Assembly: GCA_963555825.3 (NCBI GenBank)
Contig: CAUVXB020000002.1
Span: forward strand, 3,008,001-3,072,000
Direction: 5' to 3'
DNA: 64,000 nucleotides
Origin: Alphaproteobacteria bacterium
GTDB taxonomy: Bacteria > Pseudomonadota > Alphaproteobacteria > JAAXGF01
The notes beneath the pieces are model-generated. The model was not told the origin of the DNA, did no database searches, and saw only the letters and a list, made by a program, of their open reading frames with translations. The position numbers were made by a program, and so were the translations under genes. Shown here piece by piece: positions 40,265 to 49,853 of this stretch; position 1 is the stretch's first letter; each line of letters begins with the position of its first letter.

Positions 40265-40945
40265 TCACGGGCGCGTCGCGCAATGCACGTCGGGCATGCC
40301 CATGTCGACCGATTCGAGGATCGCCGCGGCATAGCCGGCGACGTCGGTGTCCCGGTCGGCGCGCGCGGCGTGCAGCGGCGCGTCGCCGTACACCGCGCCG
40401 ACCAGCGCGACGAGCGCCGCGACGAACGATCCGGGCCTGCGCATGGCCTCGTCGAAGGGCGCGAACTGCGGTGCTTCGCGATGGTCGCGGTCGGGGACGA
40501 TGGGAATGCCGTGGGTCCGGCCGACGCGCGCCGAAAACGCGACGGCGCAGTCGCGGCCAGCGTCGGCATAGTCGATGCGGCCGACCAGGCGGGCGGCGAT
40601 GAATCGAAGGTCGCGCTTGCGCTGCAGCCGGTCGGCGTAATCGTACAGTTGGCCGAGGGCGAGCCCGTCGACCGTGATCGCCACGGTCGCATCGACCGGT
40701 TCCGTCGCGTCGTCGGCCAAACGGGCGCCGGCGTTGGCCAGCAGCTTGGCGGCGAAGCGCTTGTAGGGCAGGCTGACGCGACGAATCTGGTAGTGCCCGA
40801 CCCGCACATCGCCTTCGACGAACCGGGAGTCGGCGCCATAGCTGTCGTCGACGATCAGGCGCACCGTATCGCCCGATCGCGCCGATGTCGGCGAAAGCAT
40901 GACCGCGACGAGCGCAAGAATTGCGATGGCGCGCATGATCGGCAC
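40265..40945 (-). CDS. Hypothetical secreted protein
   Basis: Signal-peptide-like N-terminus (MRAIAILALVAVML), coding-like codon use; no family recognised. Confidence 0.6.
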   Translation of the reverse strand: MPIMRAIAILALVAVMLSPTSARSGDTVRLIVDDSYGADSRFVEGDVRVGHYQIRRVSLPYKRFAAKLLANAGARLADDATEPVDATVAITVDGLALGQLYDYADRLQRKRDLRFIAARLVGRIDYADAGRDCAVAFSARVGRTHGIPIVPDRDHREAPQFAPFDEAMRRPGSFVAALVALVGAVYGDAPLHAARADRDTDVAGYAAAILESVDMGMPDVHCATRP

Positions 40946-41141
40946 AACCTATTGGGCGCGCCGCGCGTCGGCAAGCGCCGCCGCCCCGTCACCGAAGCGT
41001 GAATTGACGCAAATACCGGCCCTGGCGTATTCTTCACCCACGCAGTCGCGTCGACGTACGCGGAGACGGACGTAGCGCGGCGCCGTTCAAACCCGCCGGC
41101 GAAGATCTACCGGTGCCGGCATGGGGTCGTCCCGCTGTGCC

Positions 41142-41645
41142 GACGCGCAGATCGCCGAGTGCCGCAAGATGCTCGAGAAGCAGGTCGATTTGGTGCGCTC
41201 CTATTGGAGCGAACAGACCGAGGCGGAGAACGCGTTGGCGACCGGCGAGATCGTCGCCATGTACGCCTGGAATAACGCGTACATCCGGCTCAAGAACGAG
41301 GGCATTCCGGTCAAGTACATGGTGCCGAAGGAAGGCATTCTGACCTGGCTGTGCGGCCTGGTGAAGTTGAACACGGGCCAGGGCGACGAGGACCTGATGT
41401 ACGACTTCCTCGACGCCTGGCTGTCGCCCGAGTCGGGCAAGTGGATGATAGAGGAGTACGGCTACGGCCATTCCAACCAGAAGGCGTTCGACCTGGTCGA
41501 GCCCCAGACGTTGATCGACCTCGGTTTCGACACCGATCCGGCGGAGATGCTGACGTCCGGCCACATCTTCTCGCTGATTCCGCCCGACATTTACCATAAG
41601 TACATCGAAATGTTCGAGGAGGTGAAGGCGGCGTCCGGCGTCTGA
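41142..41645 (+). pseudogene. 5'-truncated polyamine-type ABC substrate-binding protein
   Basis: Aligns by eye only to the C-terminal half of the downstream SBP (ALATGE.VA..AWN, MVPKEG..TW.CGL, GYGH.N, MFEEVKA); no signal peptide or N-lobe. Confidence 0.8.
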
Positions 41646-41669
41646 CCGCTTTCGATGCCGAACCGGACA

Positions 41670-41708
41670 GGCGTCCCCGGGCGAGCGCCCGGGGGTGCCT
41701 TTCCTTTC
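41670..41708 (+). terminator. Rho-independent terminator
   Basis: GGCGTCCCCGGGC..GCCCGGGGGTGCC followed by TTTTCCTTT. Confidence 0.65.
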
Positions 41709-41916
41709 GGGCCCCTCGCTTCCCGACGTTGACGCGGCCAAGCGCACTGGCGTAGCTTCGCGCCGAGACATGCCGCTCGACGCAGGATAACTGTCTGGTG
41801 AGCGGTGTATTGAAGGTTTGATTGCGCGCCGATTCGTGACAAAATGGTGCCAACACATTCGAACGCGCCTCCCCGCTGGAGGAGGCCAATCAATGACCTT
41901 GGGAGGGTTTTCAGAC

Positions 41917-43050
41917 ATGGATTGGAATGACGTAAGCACGGAACGGCTCACGCAGGCGATCGAGAACGGCCGCCTCACGCGCCGCCAGACGAACAAAGCC
42001 CTGGTTTCGGCCGGCTTGATGTCGATCGGCATGGTGTTCGGGCCGAAGATGGCCGGCGCCGCCGCCGCAGACCACCCGACGGTGTTCACCTGGTCGGGGT
42101 ACGAGGACGACGGTTTCATGGGCTCCTACGTCGAGGCCTATGGCGAGAAGCCCAACTTCTCGTTCTGGGGCGATGAAGAGGAAGCCTTCGCAAAGATGCG
42201 CGCCGGCTTCGATCCCGACGTCACGGCGCCTTGTTCGTACAAGATCAACCACTGGAACGACGCCGGTATGCTGGCTGAAATCGACTCGGACCGTCTCACT
42301 AACTGGTCGGAGCAGATTCCCAGCCTGACCAATGTTCCGGACACGATCCACGACGGCAAGCGCCTGTGGATCTGCGAGGACTGGGGCCAGACCTCGATCA
42401 CCTACCGCACCGACCTGGTCGATATCGAGGAGGAATCCTGGGGCCTGGTTTGGGACAAGCGCTACGCCGGTCGGCTGTCGATGATCGACAGCCTGATCGA
42501 CGGTGTCATGGTCGCGGCGATCTACATCGGCGCCAAGGATCCCTACAACATGACGCCGGACGAAGTGGCGACGACCAAGGAGGCGCTGCAGGAGCAGATT
42601 CCCCTGTTGCGCTTCTACTCGAACAGCATGACCGAGGTCGAGCAGGCGCTCGCCTCGGGCGAGCTGGTTGCCGCGGTGACATGGAACGCCTCGGCCCTCG
42701 AGCTCAGCAACCAGGGCCTGCCGGTGCGCTTCATGGTGCCCAAGGAAGGCGCCATGACCTGGACCTGCGGACTCAGCCTGATGAGTTGGGCCGATCCGGC
42801 GAAGCTCGATCGCTCCTACGCGGTACTCGACTCCTACATCAGCAAGGAGTCCGGGTACTGGGAGATAACCAATTGGGGGTACGGCCACGCCAACGCCCGG
42901 GCCTTCGACAGCGTCACCGATGAAGAGCTCGCGGCGCGGGGCCTGTCGAACGATCCGGACGCGCTCATCAACTCTGGCATCTTCCAGGCGGCGATCGGCA
43001 ACGAGCCCGAGCTCCAGGCGATGTTCGAAGAGGTCAAGGCGGGCTTCTAA
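41917..43050 (+). CDS. Polyamine-type (PotD/PotF-like) ABC substrate-binding protein
   Basis: TRRQ Tat-like leader, FTWSGY, DWGQTSI.YR, PKEG..TW; GGGAGG RBS. Confidence 0.9.
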   Translation: MDWNDVSTERLTQAIENGRLTRRQTNKALVSAGLMSIGMVFGPKMAGAAAADHPTVFTWSGYEDDGFMGSYVEAYGEKPNFSFWGDEEEAFAKMRAGFDPDVTAPCSYKINHWNDAGMLAEIDSDRLTNWSEQIPSLTNVPDTIHDGKRLWICEDWGQTSITYRTDLVDIEEESWGLVWDKRYAGRLSMIDSLIDGVMVAAIYIGAKDPYNMTPDEVATTKEALQEQIPLLRFYSNSMTEVEQALASGELVAAVTWNASALELSNQGLPVRFMVPKEGAMTWTCGLSLMSWADPAKLDRSYAVLDSYISKESGYWEITNWGYGHANARAFDSVTDEELAARGLSNDPDALINSGIFQAAIGNEPELQAMFEEVKAGF

Positions 43051-43177
43051 CCGCGACACATTCGGCCGGCCGTCTCAGTGGCGTTGGCGGGCGGCCGGCC
43101 GAAACGAATGGACGACGCCCCTCGCCGACCGCGCCTAGGCGTGTTGCCAGACGGTGTGAGAATGGAGGCAACGTTTA

Positions 43178-44185
43178 ATGGTTGACCACACCGCGCCGGC
43201 CCCAGCGCTGGGCGAGGTACAGCTCACGCTCTACCAGCGGATGAGGGCGATCTTCCTGCGCTACGAGCCGTTGCGCGGATTTTCGCTCCTGTCGCCGACG
43301 CTGGGTATCATGCTGCTGGCGCTCGCGCTGCCTGTCGGCCTGTTGGGCGCCTACAGCTTCTGGACACAGAACTACCTCGATATCGATCACACGCTGACCA
43401 TCGCCAACTACCTGAAGTTCTTCAAGGGTATCGGGATTGAATTTCAGGTTCCCGGCATCGAGTTTTCGCCGTTTGCCATCACCTGGCCGATCGGCATCGA
43501 CCTTCCGATCTACCCGTCGTTGTTGCTCAAGTCGATGCGGATTTCCGGATTGGTGACGATCGCCACCGTCCTGCTTGCCTATCCGATGGCGTATTTCATC
43601 GCGTTCCGGGTGACGCGGCACAAGATGATCTGGCTGATCCTGATTACCATACCGTTCTGGACCAGCTATCTGCTGCGCGTCTTCGCCTGGAAGATCATCC
43701 TCGGCTATAACGGCGTGATCAATTCCGGTCTGATGAGCCTTGGGGTGATCGACGAGCCGATCAGCGTGATCCTCTATAACCCGAACGCGGTGATCCTCAC
43801 GCTGGCCCACGCTTGGGCGGCCTTCGCCATCCTGCCGATCTACGTCTCGCTCGAGAAGATCGACCGCTCTCTCTTGGAGGCGGCCACCGACCTCGGCGAT
43901 GGCCCGATGATGCGCTTCCTGCGCGTCACGCTGCCGCTCTCGATGCCCGGCGTGATCGCCGCGAGCCTGTTGGTGTTCATCCCGACGGTTGGCGACTACG
44001 TGACGCCCAAGCTGGTCGGCGGCACGACCGGCATCATGATCGGCAACATCATCCAATCACAGTTTGGTAAGGCCAACAACTGGCCGATGGGGGCGGCGCT
44101 GTCGATCATCTCGATGCTGGTGATCACGGCGTTGATCTGCGCCTTCCTGTGGTTCACCAATCGCGCGCGAAAGAGGGTAGCATGA
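43178..44185 (+). CDS. ABC permease (PotB-like)
   Basis: PFWTSYLLRVFAW, LLEAATDLG, LPLSMPG, NWPMGAA. Confidence 0.93.
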   Translation: MVDHTAPAPALGEVQLTLYQRMRAIFLRYEPLRGFSLLSPTLGIMLLALALPVGLLGAYSFWTQNYLDIDHTLTIANYLKFFKGIGIEFQVPGIEFSPFAITWPIGIDLPIYPSLLLKSMRISGLVTIATVLLAYPMAYFIAFRVTRHKMIWLILITIPFWTSYLLRVFAWKIILGYNGVINSGLMSLGVIDEPISVILYNPNAVILTLAHAWAAFAILPIYVSLEKIDRSLLEAATDLGDGPMMRFLRVTLPLSMPGVIAASLLVFIPTVGDYVTPKLVGGTTGIMIGNIIQSQFGKANNWPMGAALSIISMLVITALICAFLWFTNRARKRVA

Positions 44186-45018
44186 GCAGCAGCGTCGGCT
44201 ACGGAACCTACGGGTTAAGCAAGCGGCGGATCGACGGCCTCTTCGTCTACGCCGTCATCTATCTGGCGTTCGTCTATGTGCCGGTGCTCTTCCTGCCGTT
44301 GTTCTCGTTCAACGACTCGATCTACATCGCCTTCCCGCTCAAGGGTTTCACCTTCGAGTGGTACGGCAAGATGGCGAATAGCCCTGGCCTGATAGCGGCG
44401 TTGATCAACAGTATCCAGGTCGCCACCTGTGTCGCGGTTCTGGCGACGATCTTCGGCACCCTGGCGGCCAAGGCGGTGACGCGATATCGCATTCCGGGGC
44501 GCGGCCCGATCGTCGCCTTCATCATGATCCCGCTGGTCATTCCCGGAATCATCATGGGCATCGCGCTTCTCATCCTGTCGAAGATGGCTGGCTTTTCATT
44601 GTCGCTGTATACCATCGGTTTGGGCCACATGCTGGTCAGCGTGCCGTTCTCGATGCTGGTGATGATCTCGCGCCTCGAGGGCTTCGATAAGGCGATGGAG
44701 GAGGCCTCGCTGGATCTCGGCGAGAACGCCTGGAACACGTTTTGGCGGGTGACCTTTCCGCTCTCGGTGCCGGGCCTGATCGCGAGCTTGCTGCTCTGCT
44801 TCACCATCTCGTTCGACGAGTTCATCCTGGCCTTCTTCCTGGCTGGCACCGACGTCACTCTGCCGGTTTATATATGGAGCCAGTTGCGCTTCCCAAGCAA
44901 GCTGCCGAGCGTGTTGGCGCTCGGCGCCTGTATTCTCGTGGCTTCGTTCGTGCTGGTAAGCTTCGCCGAGTGGTTCCGCCGGCGCGGCGTCCAGGTCAAG
45001 ACGACTTCGGGTGTATAG
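44182..45018 (+). CDS. ABC permease (PotC-like)
   Basis: FSFNDS, GFTFEWY, EEASLDLG, SFDEF, TLPVYIWSQLR; ATGA overlap. Confidence 0.93.
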   Translation: MSSSVGYGTYGLSKRRIDGLFVYAVIYLAFVYVPVLFLPLFSFNDSIYIAFPLKGFTFEWYGKMANSPGLIAALINSIQVATCVAVLATIFGTLAAKAVTRYRIPGRGPIVAFIMIPLVIPGIIMGIALLILSKMAGFSLSLYTIGLGHMLVSVPFSMLVMISRLEGFDKAMEEASLDLGENAWNTFWRVTFPLSVPGLIASLLLCFTISFDEFILAFFLAGTDVTLPVYIWSQLRFPSKLPSVLALGACILVASFVLVSFAEWFRRRGVQVKTTSGV

Positions 45019-45021
45019 ATA

Positions 45022-46122
45022 ATGTCTGACGAGTCCTTTATCTCGATCCGCGACGTGTCGAAGCATTTCGGCGCGGTCAAGGCGGTCAACAATGTCGATA
45101 TCTCGATCGCCCGCGGCGAGTTTTTCTCGCTTTTGGGACCTTCGGGCTGCGGCAAGACGACGCTGTTGCGCATGCTCGCCGGCTTCGAAACGCCGACGAT
45201 GGGCGAAATCTATATTGACGACGAGCCTATGTCGGCAACGCCGCCGCACGAGCGGCCGGTCAACATGGTGTTCCAGAACTACGCCATCTTCCCGCATCTC
45301 GACGTGCGCGGCAACATCGCCTACGGCATGCGCAAGTCGGGGCTATCCAAGCCCGACCTCAATGCCAGGGTCGAGGAGATGCTCGATCTGATCAAGCTGC
45401 CGGGCTATGGCACGCGCGGCGCCAACGAGCTGTCCGGTGGCGAGCGCCAGCGCGTCGCCCTGGCGCGGGCCCTGATCAAGCAGCCCAAGGTGCTGCTGCT
45501 CGACGAGCCGTTGGGCGCGCTCGACAAGAAGCTGCGCGAGGATATGCAGCTCGAGCTGCGCGCGTTGCAGCGCTCGGTCGGCATCACCTTCGTGTTCGTC
45601 ACCCACGACCAGGAAGAGGCGCTGACGATGTCCGATCGCATCGCCGTCATGTCGATGGGCCGCGCGCTGCAGATCGACGCGCCGGTGCCGCTGTATGAAA
45701 ACCCCCGTCGCCACTTCGTCGCCGATTTCATCGGCACCATGAACTTCTTCGAGGGTTCGGTGCGCGACGTCTCCAATGGCGCGACGACGGTCGACGCGGG
45801 GCCGATCGGCAATGTGCGCGTGGCGAACAGAGAGCAATCGTTCAGCGCCGGCAGCGACGTTCTGGTCGCCATCCGGCCCGAAAAATTCGCGCTGTCGTCG
45901 GAAGCGCCGGGCGGCGAAGTCAACGTGGTCCAAGGCCGCATGGGGCCGACCGCCTACCTTGGCGACCGCAGCCACCTCTACGTCAATATCCCCGGTCGCG
46001 AAGCGCCGGTCGCGATCGCCATGCAGAACGTCGCGGATTCGACCACCATGGTCGCTCCCGACCAGCCGGTGTGGCTGTCGTGGTCGGAGAAAGCGGTCGT
46101 CCTGTTGCCGTCCGAAGACTAG
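45022..46122 (+). CDS. ABC ATP-binding protein (PotA-like)
   Basis: GPSGCGKT, LSGGERQR, LLLDEPL, VTHDQEEA, C-terminal TOBE-like region. Confidence 0.95.
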   Translation: MSDESFISIRDVSKHFGAVKAVNNVDISIARGEFFSLLGPSGCGKTTLLRMLAGFETPTMGEIYIDDEPMSATPPHERPVNMVFQNYAIFPHLDVRGNIAYGMRKSGLSKPDLNARVEEMLDLIKLPGYGTRGANELSGGERQRVALARALIKQPKVLLLDEPLGALDKKLREDMQLELRALQRSVGITFVFVTHDQEEALTMSDRIAVMSMGRALQIDAPVPLYENPRRHFVADFIGTMNFFEGSVRDVSNGATTVDAGPIGNVRVANREQSFSAGSDVLVAIRPEKFALSSEAPGGEVNVVQGRMGPTAYLGDRSHLYVNIPGREAPVAIAMQNVADSTTMVAPDQPVWLSWSEKAVVLLPSED

Positions 46123-46144
46123 GCGTTAATCGAATCCACTGGCC

Positions 46145-46178
46145 AACCGGCGGCAACCAATGCCGCCGGTTTGCTTTT
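46145..46178 (+). terminator. Rho-independent terminator after the ABC operon
   Basis: AACCGGCGGCA-ACCAA-TGCCGCCGGTT followed by TGCTTTT. Confidence 0.7.
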
Positions 46179-46299
46179 GGCGAGAATTCCGGGCTGTGCA
46201 CCGCTACGCTTGTCCCGCAATGGGCTTCGTGAGATAGTCGCGCCGCTCGTGCCGGTCCCGGCGCGGGCTTTGCACTTCATCCCGCGATCGGGCACGACC

Positions 46300-47535
46300 A
46301 TGGCGATGGAATCACAGCGCAAACCGGCGGGTCGGCCGGCCGACAGTCGGTCGGGCATGTCGTTTTCCGAGCGCGTCGCGCGGGTCGGCGGCAAGGGCGC
46401 GCGCGCCTGGGAGGTGCACGACCGGGCGCGGCGGCTGCAGGCCGAGGGGCGCGACGTCATCTTCCTCAGCGTCGGCGATCCCGATTTCGACACGCCGTCG
46501 CCGATCGTCGAGGCGGCGGTCGAGGCGCTGCGCGGCGGGCGCACCCACTACACCTCGATGGCCGGCATTCCGCCGCTGCGCGAGGCCATCGCGGCGCGCC
46601 ACGAGAGATTGACCGGTCACGCGGTCTCGCCAGATGCGGTGGTCGTCAACCCGGGCGCGCAATGCGCGCTGTTCTCGACCATGATGTGCATCGCCCAGGC
46701 GGGCGACGAGGTCATCGTGCCCGAGCCGCTCTACGTCACCTACACCGCGGTGGTCGGCGCCTCGGGCGCGACCCTGGTGCAGGTGCCGCTGCGCGCCGAG
46801 AACGCCTTCCATCTCGACCCAGACGACGTCGCGGCAGCGGTGACGCCGAGGACGCGCGCCGTGCTGATCAACTTTCCGCACAACCCGTCGGGCGCGATGA
46901 TCACGCCGGACGAGCTCGCGGGGCTCGCCAAGATCTGCCGCCGCCACGACCTGTGGCTGGTTTCCGACGAGGTCTATGCGACGCTGACCTACGACGGCCG
47001 CAAGCATGTCTCGCCTGTGACGCTGCCCGGCATGGCCGAGCGCACGGTGGTCATTGACAGCCTGTCGAAGGCCTACGCGATGACCGGCTGGCGGCTCGGC
47101 TGGGCGATCGCGCCGGGCGAGCTGGCGCTGCATATGGCCAATCTGGCGCAGTGCATGCTGTACGGCTGCCCGGCGTTCATCCAGGATGCCGCGGTCACCG
47201 CTCTCCAGGGTGAGTTCGATGAGATCGAGGTGATGCGCGACGCGTTCCACGCGCGCCGCAACCTAGTCGTCGAGCGCGTCAACGCCATGCCCCACGTTCG
47301 CTGCACGCCGCCCGAAGGCTCGATGTTTATCATGATCGACGTGCGCGATTCAGGCCTCGGCGCCGAGGAATTCGCCTTCCGCCTGGTCGACGCCGAGGGC
47401 GTCTCGATGCTGCCCTGCGACCCGTTCGGCCCGAGCGCCGTCGGCCACCTGCGCGTTTCCCTCTCGGCGCCGATCGAGGTGCTCGAAGAGGCCTGCAACC
47501 GCCTCGAACGCTTCCTCGGCGCACTCAACCGGTAG
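46300..47535 (+). CDS. PLP-dependent class I/II aminotransferase (AruH/AspB-like)
   Basis: LSVGDPDFDTP, HNPSG, SDEVY, SLSKAYAMTGWRLG; start 46300 or 46357. Confidence 0.92.
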   Translation: MAMESQRKPAGRPADSRSGMSFSERVARVGGKGARAWEVHDRARRLQAEGRDVIFLSVGDPDFDTPSPIVEAAVEALRGGRTHYTSMAGIPPLREAIAARHERLTGHAVSPDAVVVNPGAQCALFSTMMCIAQAGDEVIVPEPLYVTYTAVVGASGATLVQVPLRAENAFHLDPDDVAAAVTPRTRAVLINFPHNPSGAMITPDELAGLAKICRRHDLWLVSDEVYATLTYDGRKHVSPVTLPGMAERTVVIDSLSKAYAMTGWRLGWAIAPGELALHMANLAQCMLYGCPAFIQDAAVTALQGEFDEIEVMRDAFHARRNLVVERVNAMPHVRCTPPEGSMFIMIDVRDSGLGAEEFAFRLVDAEGVSMLPCDPFGPSAVGHLRVSLSAPIEVLEEACNRLERFLGALNR

Positions 47536-47556
47536 GGCCGCGGCGCCTGACGCCTG

Positions 47557-48417
47557 TTACTTCAGGTGCTCGGCGAGAAAAACGCGAATGCGCTCGATCG
47601 CATCCTCGGCAGCTTCGGCGTCGTATCGCCCGATGCGTCCCATATATCGAAAATCGGTGCCCTTGAGGTCGAAAACATGATGCGCGCCCGGGTATATCTT
47701 TAAAACGACGTCGCGGCCGGCGCCGCCCATCATCATGAACCGCTCGCAATATCCGACCGGTGTCCATTCGTCGAGCTCGCCAATGAGGATCAAGAGTGGC
47801 GCTTCCGGCACGACGAGTGGATCGCAGTATGGGTACAGCGCCACCGCCGCCCGGAACGGCTTGGCGCCGATCTTGGCGGTCGTCGGTTCGTGAATGGCCT
47901 GCATGGCTGTCGACGCCCCCTGCTATATGCCCATCACCACGAGTCGTTCAGGGTCGACGAACGGGAGGCCGGTCAAATAGGTCTTGGCGCCGTGGCTATC
48001 GAGCGCACGCATAAGCGGCCCCGGAGGTCTAGGCGGCATGTGGCAATTCGCCTCGCCGCGGGGGCCGAAACTGTCGACGTTGAGCACGACATAGCCCCAG
48101 TCGACGAGCCGTTCGGTCCACACCTCGTTCGATGTCCCGAGTCCGCTACAGCTGTGCAAGAGGACGACGGTGGGAAACGGACCATCACCCTTCGGCCCGC
48201 TCAAATGTCCCCAGATTGGCAATGCCGGCGTCGGTTCCAGCTCGACACCTTGCTCCTTGGCCTTTTTGACCTTGAACGGGGTCGGCGGGTAGACGGCGCT
48301 GTCGAAGAAGACGGGCTTGCCGAGCGACCCGGCGCCGGCGGGCGGGACGCCGAGCACCACGATGGCGCCGAAGCACATCGCGGTGAGCACGAAACCGAGT
48401 CGAATGTTTCGAATCAT
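47557..48417 (-). pseudogene. Secreted dienelactone-hydrolase-like alpha/beta hydrolase interrupted by one in-frame TAG (47923-47925)
   Basis: The two track ORFs are in one frame: VVMGI-TAG-QGASTAM; GPFPTVVLLHSCSG upstream, LIGELDEWTP and YPGAHHVFD downstream. Confidence 0.85.
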
Positions 48418-48536
48418 CGTCGTGCAATGATAGCGTAACCTACGATCGCCGTACATGCAGCGCGACGTTGCGGCCATAGCAACCACGCCATGCGCAGCGG
48501 CGAATCAGTCTGGGATTCCCGTCGCGGCGCGATATC

Positions 48537-49799
48537 TTGGTACGCATCGCCGTTGGTTCGTCCTGTCCAGGCTCGGGAGCCGTCTTGTCCGCATCGGAGA
48601 AACTGCCCACATCGCAAGCCAGCCGGCCGCCGTCGAGGACGGTCTTCGATGAGCGTGTCCGAATCTATGGCTATCAGCTCATCGTCTTCGGCGGCTTCGC
48701 CTGGCTCGCCTGGTTCGCCTTCTCGACGATGTCGCACAACCTTGCCGCGCGGGGCATGCAGACCGGCTTCAGCTTCCTGTTCGTCACCGCCGGCTTCGAC
48801 ACCGACTTCAAGCTGATCGACTACCAGCCGGGCGTCGGCACCTACGGCCGGATCTTCTTCATCGGTGTGCTGAACACGCTGTTCATCTCGTTCTTCGCGA
48901 TCGTCGCCAGCACGGTGATCGCCTTCGTCGTCGGCATCGCGCGGGTCTCGTCGAACTGGCTGGTATCGCGCCTCGCGCTCGCCTACGTCGAGCTGATCCG
49001 CAACACGCCGATCCTGATGCAGATCGTGATGTGGCACGTCAGCATCTTCTTCGTTCTGCCCAAGGTCAGGCAGAGCACCGACCTGCTCGGCCTCGGCATC
49101 GCGTTCCTCAACAACCGCGGCCTCTATGTGCCGTCGCCGGTGCCGGGCGAGATGTTCTGGGCCTCGGTCGCCGCCTTGGGCGTCGCGGTCGCCGCGGTGG
49201 TCATGCTCCGCCGCTGGGCGCAACGGCGCCAGGACCTGACCGGCGAGCGCTTCCCCGTCTTCGTCGTCTCGCTGGGCGTCGTCCTGGCGCTTCCCGGCGC
49301 CGTCTTCCTGGCCACCGGTACGCCGCTCGGCTGGGACGTGCCGGCCTTCGAGACCTTCAACTTCGCGGGCGGCGTGCGCCTGCCGCCGGCCTTCGTCATC
49401 CTCTTGATCGCGCTCACCATCTATCACTCGGCGCACAAGGCCGAGGCGGTGCGCGCCGGCATCCAGTCGGTGCCCAAGGGCCAGTTCGAGGCCGCCCACG
49501 CGCTCGGCCTGCGCGGCGGCCAGACGATGCGCCTGGTGCTGATGCCCCAGGCGATGCGCGCCATCGTGCCGCCGTTGATCTCGGGCTGGCTGGGCGTCAC
49601 GCGCAACGCCTCGCTGGGCATCGCCATCGGCTATCCCGAGCTGGTCGGGCTGTTCATGCAGACCTCGCTCAACCAGGCCGGTCACGCGATCGAGATCGTC
49701 GCCATGACGATGGGCTTTTACATGCTGCTGAGCTTCCTGATTGCGCTGCTGTTGAACGCCTACGACCGCCGCATGCGCCTCATCGAGGGATCCCTGTAG
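48537..49799 (+). CDS. Polar amino-acid ABC permease (AapQ/BztB-like), orphan
   Basis: GFSFL...AGF, SSNWLV, YVELIRNTP, AEAVRAGIQSV.KGQ.EAA, AIGYPEL; start uncertain. Confidence 0.88.
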   Translation: MVRIAVGSSCPGSGAVLSASEKLPTSQASRPPSRTVFDERVRIYGYQLIVFGGFAWLAWFAFSTMSHNLAARGMQTGFSFLFVTAGFDTDFKLIDYQPGVGTYGRIFFIGVLNTLFISFFAIVASTVIAFVVGIARVSSNWLVSRLALAYVELIRNTPILMQIVMWHVSIFFVLPKVRQSTDLLGLGIAFLNNRGLYVPSPVPGEMFWASVAALGVAVAAVVMLRRWAQRRQDLTGERFPVFVVSLGVVLALPGAVFLATGTPLGWDVPAFETFNFAGGVRLPPAFVILLIALTIYHSAHKAEAVRAGIQSVPKGQFEAAHALGLRGGQTMRLVLMPQAMRAIVPPLISGWLGVTRNASLGIAIGYPELVGLFMQTSLNQAGHAIEIVAMTMGFYMLLSFLIALLLNAYDRRMRLIEGSL

Positions 49800-49824
49800 G
49801 GGCGGGTTTCAAACCCGCCTCTAC
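49796..49824. repeat. GTAG-type REP palindrome
   Basis: GTAGGGGCGGGTTT-C-AAACCCGCCTCTAC; its TAG is the permease stop codon. Confidence 0.8.
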
Positions 49825-49853
49825 GACAGATGCCTTTGTGCCTCTGTGGTGAT

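Noticed and set aside
47904-47925. Frameshift between the two hydrolase ORFs
   Set aside because: Both ORFs are in the same frame; the only lesion is the TAG
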